Shown: positions 1 to 7,259 of the stretch, in pieces
Position numbering within the stretch: the stretch's first letter is position 1
How the letters are laid out: each line of letters starts with the position of its first letter
Origin: an uncultured cyanobacterium
Lineage (GTDB): Bacteria; Cyanobacteriota; Cyanobacteriia; Cyanobacteriales; Microcystaceae
NCBI GenBank assembly: GCA_903869185.1
Contig: CAIPYC010000194.1
Location: forward strand, 1-27,928
DNA: 27,928 nt
Direction of reading: 5' to 3'
Translations under genes and position numbers: made by a program
The notes under the pieces: generated by a model
Told to the model about the DNA's origin: nothing
Seen by the model: only the letters and a program-made list of their open reading frames with translations
The model's database searches: none

Positions 1-188
1 CCCGAACTCAGGTTATCTTACCTCTTTGTAAGGTCCGACTTCAGCTATATGCCAGAGTGGTCAATATTTTGTACTCTTATCTTAGGGGTTATTTCTTCCA
101 TTCTTTCAAAATATCATAACTTCCATCCTCGACCTGCGGAATATAGGTTACATAATCTTTATAGTTATTTTTTTTTGCTTTACAGTTT

Positions 189-243
189 ATATATGCTATA
201 TATATAATATTGCACTTTATATATAGCATATATGGCATATATG
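189..243 (+). promoter_or_regulatory. Perfect 16-bp inverted repeat enclosing a TATAAT hexamer, followed by a tandem 9-mer. Candidate autoregulated promoter/operator or recombinase core-type site.
   Basis: ATATATGCTATATATA (189-204) is the exact reverse complement of TATATATAGCATATAT (218-233), with a 13-bp spacer. TATAAT lies at 203-208. GCATATATG is repeated in tandem at 226-234 and 235-243, covering both candidate ATG starts (232, 241) of the downstream ORF. Confidence 0.5.
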
Positions 244-792
244 GTAGAAAATCCAGAAAGAACTATTCCAATCAGTGTCCGTGTCAATCCCAGAGAGTGG
301 GATGAATTTAAAAAACTTTGTCGCAGAGAAGAGATCGTTAGTGCAACTGCAGGAGTCAATATTTTGATAGTTGCTACGCTAAAAAAAATAGTTTCTTTAA
401 ATGATTTAGAATCATTGATTAACAAAGAACCCGCTGAAAATCAAGAAAATGAACCAGAAAACGAACTCAAATCCTTGATCAAATCCATAGAGGAATTAGA
501 TCAAAAAGTAAAGGTACTTGAAGAATTAAGCCAAAATCAACAGCAAGATATAGTCCAAAATCTAGCTCAGGTTAACCAGGGATTAACCCTATGTTGCATC
601 AGAAAAAAAGGTAAGAGACTTTATATCAGGGCTACTTTACCCTTAAAAGCAGGAAATGGGAAAAAAAGTCAAGAATTGAAAACAGGAGCTATTGCCAACC
701 CAGAAGGATTGCTTATTGCTCAACTAAAGGCAAAAAAACTCGAAACTGACCTTATGCTGGGGAGATTTCAATGGAATGACTGGCTTTCCTAA
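232..792 (+). CDS. Two-domain DNA-binding protein: N-terminal ribbon-helix-helix-like segment, acidic coiled-coil linker, and a C-terminal integrase arm-type (DUF3596-like) DNA-binding domain.
   Basis: 186-aa ORF. IPISVRVNPREWDEFKKLCRRE fits the strand-plus-helix RHH pattern. KRLYIRATLPLKAGNGKKSQELKTGAIANPEGLLIAQLKAKKLETDLMLGRFQWNDW resembles the N-terminal arm-binding domain normally fused to cyanobacterial/phage tyrosine integrases (recognised from memory, not searched). An alternative start is at 241. The gene ends 67 bp upstream of the recombinase gene. Confidence 0.55.
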   Translation: MAYMVENPERTIPISVRVNPREWDEFKKLCRREEIVSATAGVNILIVATLKKIVSLNDLESLINKEPAENQENEPENELKSLIKSIEELDQKVKVLEELSQNQQQDIVQNLAQVNQGLTLCCIRKKGKRLYIRATLPLKAGNGKKSQELKTGAIANPEGLLIAQLKAKKLETDLMLGRFQWNDWLS

Positions 793-859
793 CATCAAAA
801 TGATATATTGAAATTGTTTTAGTTACGGAAAGATTCATTATCATAACTAAATCATATGT

Positions 860-1813
860 ATGCTAATAAAATCTAATATCTCTAAACCTCAAAATCCATA
901 TCCAGAAGATGTTCTGGATATTCTGTTATCACAGCGTCGCTCCCAAAACACCCAAAGAGCCTACTTGGGTGATCTGAGAATTTTTTTTGCCTTCATAGCT
1001 CCAGATGAACCACTTTCGGCAAGTATAGTAGCTAGTTTTTTACAGCAAAAAAGAGAGCAGTCTGTGATTTTGGTATTAAGGTTTAAGGCCCATTGTCTAG
1101 AGAAAGGATTAGCAGAGGCAACTGTCAATCGCCGATTAGCTGCAATCAGGGCATTAGTGAGTATGGGACAAAGATTGGGAGCCTGTATTTACAACCTGAA
1201 TGATATTAAAGGAGAAAAAGTCCAAACCTATAGAGATACTACTGGAGTAAAAGTGAAGACTTTTACTGATTGTTTAGCAAAGTGTGATCTTTCTACAAGC
1301 AGGGGGAAAAGAGATTATGCCTTGTTGCACTTGCTCTGGTCTAATGCTCTTAGAAGAGGAGAAGTGTCTATCTTGAAAATCAAGGATCTCGATCCAGAAA
1401 ACAGACGATTGAAAATCTATGGTAAAGGACAAGGAACTCAAGGGCAATGGGTGGAACTTTCTGTAGCAACCATGAGGGCAATTGAAATTTGGCTTGCAAC
1501 TCGCCAAGGACTTTTAGATGAATCTGCCATCTTTGTCAGTCTTCATCCAGGTTTTAAAGAGCGACATTTAACCACCACTGGAATATATAAGATCGTTGAA
1601 GAGTACTTCAAGTTGGTTACCAATAAACGCATGTCACCTCATAGAATAAGGCACAGTGCCATAACCGCTGCTTTAGATATTTATAATGGAGACGTCAGAA
1701 AAGTACAAAAATTTTCCAGACACAAAAGCATTGAAACTTTAATGATCTACGATGACAATCGACAAAATGCGCAGAAAGAGATCAGCTATTCTCTCAGTGG
1801 CCTTTTGGAGTAA
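860..1813 (+). CDS. Tyrosine site-specific recombinase (phage integrase / XerCD family).
   Basis: 317 aa. SAM-like core-binding N-domain (NTQRAYLGDLRIFFAF). Full catalytic signature: NALRRGE (Arg I), HRIRHS (His-x-x-Arg plus His), SRHKSIETLMIY (His plus nucleophile Tyr). Confidence 0.9.
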   Translation: MLIKSNISKPQNPYPEDVLDILLSQRRSQNTQRAYLGDLRIFFAFIAPDEPLSASIVASFLQQKREQSVILVLRFKAHCLEKGLAEATVNRRLAAIRALVSMGQRLGACIYNLNDIKGEKVQTYRDTTGVKVKTFTDCLAKCDLSTSRGKRDYALLHLLWSNALRRGEVSILKIKDLDPENRRLKIYGKGQGTQGQWVELSVATMRAIEIWLATRQGLLDESAIFVSLHPGFKERHLTTTGIYKIVEEYFKLVTNKRMSPHRIRHSAITAALDIYNGDVRKVQKFSRHKSIETLMIYDDNRQNAQKEISYSLSGLLE

Positions 1814-1817
1814 AACA

Positions 1818-2387
1818 ATGGAAGATCAACTATCTTTATTTGACAAAAAGGAATTTTCTCCTAATAACATACAATCTGTTTTGATGCCCAAAGATTTTCT
1901 GCTCGACTGGAAAGAAAAAATCTTTAATAATCAGCAGTTTGTAAAACATGGTTCTACCTCACGCCAAACAAATCTATTTACCGACAGGGAACAATTTGAT
2001 CCAAACAAGATTGATCCATTTGATTTATTATTTTTTCCATTAGAATTTTACCCAAGTGCAGATAGCAATGAGTCTAACTGTCTTTATTTCCTTGTAGATC
2101 TTGCTGAACCAATCTTGTTATATATTGGCGAGACAAAACAAAATCCAAAAAAAAGGTGGTTAAATCACGATTGTCGAGATTATATTGCCAACTATCGAGA
2201 TCTGCATTATCGCTACGAATTAAATAGTAGCCTTAAGCTTGCTTTCTGGTGGGATACTCCCAGGGAAAGAAAAGCAAGACAGGATATAGAGTCTTTTTTA
2301 ATTGGCAAATGGCAACCACCCTTCAACAAAGAAAGTTGGAATATCTACGGTCAGCCATTTAAAAAACTGCCGAAATTCAGTTGTTGA
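1818..2387 (+). CDS. GIY-YIG nuclease-like protein with an N-terminal QLSLF beta-clamp-binding-type motif.
   Basis: The ATG at 1818 lies 4 nt after the recombinase stop. The protein begins MEDQLSLFDKK. The C-terminal half has the GIY-YIG order: LYF, 10 aa, YIGET, KKRW (Arg), DIESF (Glu), FNKE (Asn). The ORF track start at 1752 would overlap the recombinase by 62 nt and is judged less likely. Confidence 0.6.
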   Translation: MEDQLSLFDKKEFSPNNIQSVLMPKDFLLDWKEKIFNNQQFVKHGSTSRQTNLFTDREQFDPNKIDPFDLLFFPLEFYPSADSNESNCLYFLVDLAEPILLYIGETKQNPKKRWLNHDCRDYIANYRDLHYRYELNSSLKLAFWWDTPRERKARQDIESFLIGKWQPPFNKESWNIYGQPFKKLPKFSC

Positions 2388-2739
2388 AATTGGGCATACG
2401 GGCCTTGCAACCTTTATTGAGGACTCCATTTAATCCCCAAGCCGCGCATTCAATCGAATGGGTAACTTGAGGATTAGTAACCAAGGTGTAGTCACAGGAG
2501 ACATAACCATTGTTGTCGGAATCAACAGACTGGCAATGTGCCCCATTTACATCTTGGCGCAAAACGGTGGATACATAGCCTTTTAGCTCATTCTCGGCAA
2601 AGCTTTTACCAAAGAAATATTGGCCAAGCCCTTTACCGGCTGTCAGCAGGAAAATAGCACCCCCAATTAAAATTACTCCCAGACTTCCCAAAGACAACAA
2701 AATTTTGAGTGATAAATTGGATTTATGTGATCTACTCAT
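2377..2739 (-). CDS. Hypothetical membrane-anchored protein with a Cys-containing extracytoplasmic domain.
   Basis: 120-aa ORF with one N-terminal hydrophobic helix (ILLSLGSLGVILIGGAIFLL) and four Cys in the C-terminal 55 aa. No family recognised. It is co-directional with the efflux operon and 120 bp downstream of it. Confidence 0.45.
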   Translation of the reverse strand: MSRSHKSNLSLKILLSLGSLGVILIGGAIFLLTAGKGLGQYFFGKSFAENELKGYVSTVLRQDVNGAHCQSVDSDNNGYVSCDYTLVTNPQVTHSIECAAWGLNGVLNKGCKARMPNFNN

Positions 2740-2859
2740 GACGCCGTTAATATATCTTATGTCTCAACTTTTCAAATTATAGAGAGAATGAAGCTTGTAA
2801 GGTAAAACTTGTCCAAGATCTGTGATAACAATTAACATGCCAATATGCCTCAAAAAAAA

Positions 2860-5800
2860 TTAACGACCGAAGAAATAAGTTCGTAATTTGAGCTTAGGTA
2901 AATCTTCCCTTAATTCTTCCAAATAGGTGTAGACTACTGGTGTTAAATAAAGTGTAAGGATCTGGGAAAACAAAAGACCACCTACAACTGCAATTCCTAG
3001 AGGTTTGCGAATTTCAGAACCAGAGCCGGCCCCAAGAGCAATAGGCAAAGTACCAATTAAAGCGGCCATAGTAGTCATCATAATTGGACGAAAACGAACT
3101 GTAGCTGCTTCAAAGATTGCCTCAAAAGAGTTCTTACCATGATTGCGCTGTGCTTCAATAGCAAAATCCACCAGCATAATTCCGTTCTTTTTGACAATGC
3201 CAACTAGCAAAATCATGCCTATAAAGGAATAGAGATTAAGCTCAACATCAAAAATCAACAAAGTCAAAAGTGCGCCAAATCCAGCAGAAGGTAACCCCGA
3301 GAGGATAGTCAAAGGGTGAATAAAGTCTTCATAAAGAATACCCAAGATCAAGTAAATAACTAGAATAGATACCAGCAAAAGGATTCCTAAATCCTGAAAT
3401 GATTGCTGGAAAACCTGGGCCTGTCCTTGAAAGCTAGTAATGATACTCTGGGGTAGTATCTCTTTTGCAATTTCTTCGATTGCCTGAGTTGCCTGGGAGA
3501 GTGAGGTGCCTATTTCAGTATCAAAAGATATAGTGGCTGAGGGAAGTTGTCCTAGATGATTTACAGTCAAGGGACCTACATTTTTTGTAATCTTGGCAAT
3601 GGTGCTCAAGGGAACTGATTTTCCTTGACCCGAAGTCAGGTAGATCATAGATAGAGCTTTAGGATCTCTTTGAAATTCGGGTAAAACTTCTAAAATCACA
3701 TAGTATGCATTGTTGGGAGTATAAAGGGTAGCAATCTGACTAGTACCATAGGCATTGCCTAGAGTTTTTTGAACCTGAGCAGCCGTAATGCCTAAAGTAG
3801 AAGCTTTAGACTGATCGATTTCTATATTTATCTGTGGAGTTCCCAGCTGTAGATCGCTATCTGCACCACGCAGTCCGGGTACCTTCTTAATTCGCTCTAA
3901 CAGCAGAGGAATATAGCGACGAAGATCATTAAGGCTTGGACTCTCAAGCGTGAACTGGTATGGTGAATTGGTCTGCTGCCCCCCAATCGCAATAGAAGGG
4001 GGAATACGCATAAAAGTAGTGATGCCAGTAATATTGCGCAATTTTGGATTGAGTCTATGTATTATTTCCTCAGCGCCAATCTTTCTTTTAGAGCGAGGCT
4101 TGAGACGCATAGTGATACGACCGGTATTGACCGAAGGGTTGGGTCCTGCAGCACCAACAGTTGAATTAATCATGATGAAGTTGGGATCTTTTCGCAAGAT
4201 ATTAACCACTTTTTGTTGATGGAGCAACATATCATCAAAGGAAATATCCTGGGCTGCTTTGGTATTAGCTGTCAACAAACCACTTTCTTCGTTGGGAATA
4301 AAGCCCTTAGGTACTACAGTAAAAAGATAAAAAGTAAATAACAGTATCACTAAAGAAAAAACCAAAGTAACCAGGCGAAATTCCAAAACCACTCTCAAGC
4401 TTTTCGCGTAGACATCTAATAAATTAGCAAAGAATCTTTCCGAGATTTGAAAAAGCTTACTTTGACTATGATGATTCACTGACTTGAGAAAACGACTACA
4501 GAGCATGGGCGTTAAACTGAGTGAGACAAAGCCTGACACCAGAATAGCAATACTGATAGTAATTGCAAACTCATGAAACAATCTTCCTACCAAGCCACCC
4601 ATGAAAATAATCGGGATAAATACAGCAACTAGCGAAAGCGTCATGGAAACAATAGTAAAACTAACTTCTTGAGAGCCTTTTAAGGCAGCTAACAAAGATG
4701 CTTCGCCCATCTCGCGGTGACGGACTATATTCTCTAATACTACAATCGCATCATCTACAACAAACCCTACCGAAAGAGTCAAAGCCAATAGTGAAAGATT
4801 ATCTAGGGAAAACCCTAGTAGATCCATCGCTGCAAAGGTGCCTATTATAGCCACTGGCAAAGCCAGACTCGGAATGATTGTGGCTCTGATATCCCTTAAG
4901 AAGAGAAAGATTACCATAATTACTAAAACTATCGATAGAACAAGTGTAAATTTGACATCATTGATTGCAGCACGTACTGATACAGATCGATCGTAGAAGA
5001 TCCCCATCTCAATAGATTGAGGAATCTGGGCTTTCAAAGATGGCAGAATTTTCTTTATAGCATCGACAATTTGTACTGCATTGGCACCAGGCTGAGGTTG
5101 CACTGCCAGCAATATGGCAGGGTGATTGGTTACTTTACTATCGGTAAAACGATTAGAAACTCTGTTATTTTGGATGCTATCTATGACATTTCCGAGATCC
5201 TCTAGCCGCACGACTTGTCCATTTTTATAGCCGACAATCAGGTGATTGTAGTCAGCGGCATTGTTCAATTGTCCATCAGCTTGAACTATAAAGCTTCTAT
5301 CAGATCCTGAGATAATACCATTGGGTAAAAATACGCTAGCTTGTTGAATAGTTGTAGAAATTTGATCCAATCCGATCTCTTTAGAGGCTAACTCTTTAGG
5401 ATCTACTTGAATCCTTATAGCATATTGCTTTTGCCCGTAAACCATCACCTGTGCTACTCCATCAATCATAGATAAGGGCTGGGCTATTGTTATTTCGGCA
5501 TTCTCGTCAACAGTTTGAATAGGCAAAGTATCTGAATAGAGATAAAGATAGAGTATTGGTACAACAGAAGGATTTACCTTGCGATAGCTAGGGGGTTTGG
5601 GTAATCCCGATGGCAACTGACCAGCGGCTGCTGAAATTGCAGCTTGAACATCTTTTGCTGCCGAAGCGATATTGCGAGAGAAATTAAATTGCAAAGATAT
5701 ACTCGTACTTCCAGTAGAACTAGTGGAGTTGAAAGAATTCAATCCAGCAATTTCACTGAATTGACGCTCTAGTGGAGCTGCCACTGAAGAAGCCATGGTC

Positions 5801-5970
5801 TCTGGAGTCGCTCCAGGTAAACTAGCACTGACATTGATAAAAGGATAGTCAACATTAGGCAGAGAGCTGATCGGCAGATTGAGATAACTTATCACGCCAA
5901 AAATCAAGATAGCAAGCATGACCAAAGTAGTCATCACCGGTCGACGGATAAAAAGTTCAGCAAAGTTCAT
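2860..5970 (-). CDS. RND (HAE1) inner-membrane efflux transporter, MdtB/MdtC-like, paralog 2.
   Basis: 1036 aa. N-terminus FIRRPVMTTLVMLAILIFG...LPNVDYP. TM4 proton-relay motif GFVVDDAIVVLENIVRH. Its start overlaps the MFS stop in an ATGA (5967-5970). Confidence 0.95.
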   Translation of the reverse strand: MNFAELFIRRPVMTTLVMLAILIFGVISYLNLPISSLPNVDYPFINVSASLPGATPETMASSVAAPLERQFSEIAGLNSFNSTSSTGSTSISLQFNFSRNIASAAKDVQAAISAAAGQLPSGLPKPPSYRKVNPSVVPILYLYLYSDTLPIQTVDENAEITIAQPLSMIDGVAQVMVYGQKQYAIRIQVDPKELASKEIGLDQISTTIQQASVFLPNGIISGSDRSFIVQADGQLNNAADYNHLIVGYKNGQVVRLEDLGNVIDSIQNNRVSNRFTDSKVTNHPAILLAVQPQPGANAVQIVDAIKKILPSLKAQIPQSIEMGIFYDRSVSVRAAINDVKFTLVLSIVLVIMVIFLFLRDIRATIIPSLALPVAIIGTFAAMDLLGFSLDNLSLLALTLSVGFVVDDAIVVLENIVRHREMGEASLLAALKGSQEVSFTIVSMTLSLVAVFIPIIFMGGLVGRLFHEFAITISIAILVSGFVSLSLTPMLCSRFLKSVNHHSQSKLFQISERFFANLLDVYAKSLRVVLEFRLVTLVFSLVILLFTFYLFTVVPKGFIPNEESGLLTANTKAAQDISFDDMLLHQQKVVNILRKDPNFIMINSTVGAAGPNPSVNTGRITMRLKPRSKRKIGAEEIIHRLNPKLRNITGITTFMRIPPSIAIGGQQTNSPYQFTLESPSLNDLRRYIPLLLERIKKVPGLRGADSDLQLGTPQINIEIDQSKASTLGITAAQVQKTLGNAYGTSQIATLYTPNNAYYVILEVLPEFQRDPKALSMIYLTSGQGKSVPLSTIAKITKNVGPLTVNHLGQLPSATISFDTEIGTSLSQATQAIEEIAKEILPQSIITSFQGQAQVFQQSFQDLGILLLVSILVIYLILGILYEDFIHPLTILSGLPSAGFGALLTLLIFDVELNLYSFIGMILLVGIVKKNGIMLVDFAIEAQRNHGKNSFEAIFEAATVRFRPIMMTTMAALIGTLPIALGAGSGSEIRKPLGIAVVGGLLFSQILTLYLTPVVYTYLEELREDLPKLKLRTYFFGR

Positions 5971-7259
5971 ATATCCGTATCATCTAAAAATCTTTCTCTT
6001 GAATGAATTGGTTTAATCATTGCTCCCAAGGTTTTTAGCTCTCGAGCAAACAGCATTGCCACAATTATGCAAACTACACCATTGAAGATCAATGTCAATT
6101 GAACACCAATATAATGGGCTAATACACCATCAAGTAAACAACCAAAAGGAATAATCCCCAAAACAGCCATTATATAGAGACTCAATACTCTCGCACGCTT
6201 ATCATCTTCCACCAAAATTTGAATAAGCGTATTACTGGCAATTGACTGCAAAATAGAGCCAAAACCAACTAATACAAGACTAGCAAAAGAAAACCAAAAT
6301 ATTTTGGTAAAAGCTAAAAGGATTAAACCCAATCCGGAAACAATAGGAGAGAAGGCAATCAAAAACTCTAGGCCGACGACACTCTTGCGTGAAAGCATAT
6401 AGATCCCACCAATTAAAGCACCTATACCCGAGCTAGCTAGTAAAAAACCAAGAGTATGAGCATCGCCATGAAGAGTTTCAGTAACAAAGATGGGCATCAA
6501 GGAGGAGTAGGGCATGACCATCAAACTAAAAACCACAGTCAATAACAAAATCAACTTGATTGGCAAAAAACCAAAAGCATAGATAAAGCCTTCTTTAATA
6601 CTCTGTAATGGATTAAAACTGATTCTTGCTCGTTTGGGTTTTTGTGGGAAACGCATCAGTATCAGTCCACCAATTACTGCCAGATAGCTGATACCATCAA
6701 TTAAAAAACAATAACCCACTCCTAACTGGGCGATTAAGATACCACCGATAGCAGGGCCGATCAATCTTGAGATATTGAATAAAAAAGAATTGAGTCCGAT
6801 AGCACTGATTAAATCATTTGGGCTTTCTACCATATCCTTGACAAAAGTATGTCTGGCAGGAGCATCAATGGCGTTGATCAATCCTTGGCAAAAACTCAAA
6901 ACCATGATCCCAGTAATATTGATCCTAGCTGTCAAAGTCATTTCAGCTAATGCAAAAGACTGTAACATCGCCAAAATCTGAGTGATGATCAAGAGGTGCT
7001 TGCGATTACTGCGATCAACAATTAATCCACCAAAGGGTCCAAACAAAAGATTAGGAATCTGACTGATAAAAGATACAAACCCTAACATCAGGGCAGAACC
7101 TGTCAACTGGTATACTAGCCAGACTGTAGCCAGCTGGGTTATCCAGGTACCAATTAGGGAAATACCTTGTCCAATAAAGAATAGTTGATAATTGCGAGAA
7201 CGCAGGGCAGCAGGAACTAGAGACATAATATAAATAATCTCAGCCGGGGATCTCTCCAC
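5967..7259 (-). CDS. MFS transporter, EntS/MFS_3 (transmembrane secretion effector)-like.
   Basis: About 12 predicted TM helices. N-terminal family signature YQLFFIGQGISLIGTWITQLATVWLVYQLTGSALMLGF...GGLIVDRSNRKHLL. The track start at 7259 is a GTG that overlaps RND paralog 1 by 20 nt. The ATG at 7226 (MSLVPAALRS...) is the more likely start. Confidence 0.9.
   Translation of the reverse strand: MERSPAEIIYIMSLVPAALRSRNYQLFFIGQGISLIGTWITQLATVWLVYQLTGSALMLGFVSFISQIPNLLFGPFGGLIVDRSNRKHLLIITQILAMLQSFALAEMTLTARINITGIMVLSFCQGLINAIDAPARHTFVKDMVESPNDLISAIGLNSFLFNISRLIGPAIGGILIAQLGVGYCFLIDGISYLAVIGGLILMRFPQKPKRARISFNPLQSIKEGFIYAFGFLPIKLILLLTVVFSLMVMPYSSLMPIFVTETLHGDAHTLGFLLASSGIGALIGGIYMLSRKSVVGLEFLIAFSPIVSGLGLILLAFTKIFWFSFASLVLVGFGSILQSIASNTLIQILVEDDKRARVLSLYIMAVLGIIPFGCLLDGVLAHYIGVQLTLIFNGVVCIIVAMLFARELKTLGAMIKPIHSRERFLDDTDI

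Noticed and set aside
1-60. Possible tRNA fragment or att-associated tRNA 3' end at the window start, with a hairpin ATCTTAC-CTCTTT-GTAAGGT at 14-33.
   Set aside because: The loop is 6 nt rather than 7. There is no T-arm GGTTCGAATCC-type sequence and no acceptor/CCA context. It is probably just a small hairpin.
180-425. 81-aa minus-strand ORF overlapping the start of the first plus-strand gene.
   Set aside because: It is antisense to a better-supported ORF. Its N-terminus is translated from the AT-rich inverted repeat, giving low-complexity YAIYAIYK-type sequence, and it has no recognisable motifs.
1752-1817. Upstream ATG start for the GIY-YIG-like ORF, overlapping the recombinase by 62 nt.
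   Set aside because: The ATG at 1818, 4 nt after the recombinase stop, gives a compact arrangement and places QLSLF at the extreme N-terminus. The upstream extension (MTIDKMRRKRSAILSVAFWSKT) looks like out-of-frame recombinase sequence. It cannot be fully excluded.
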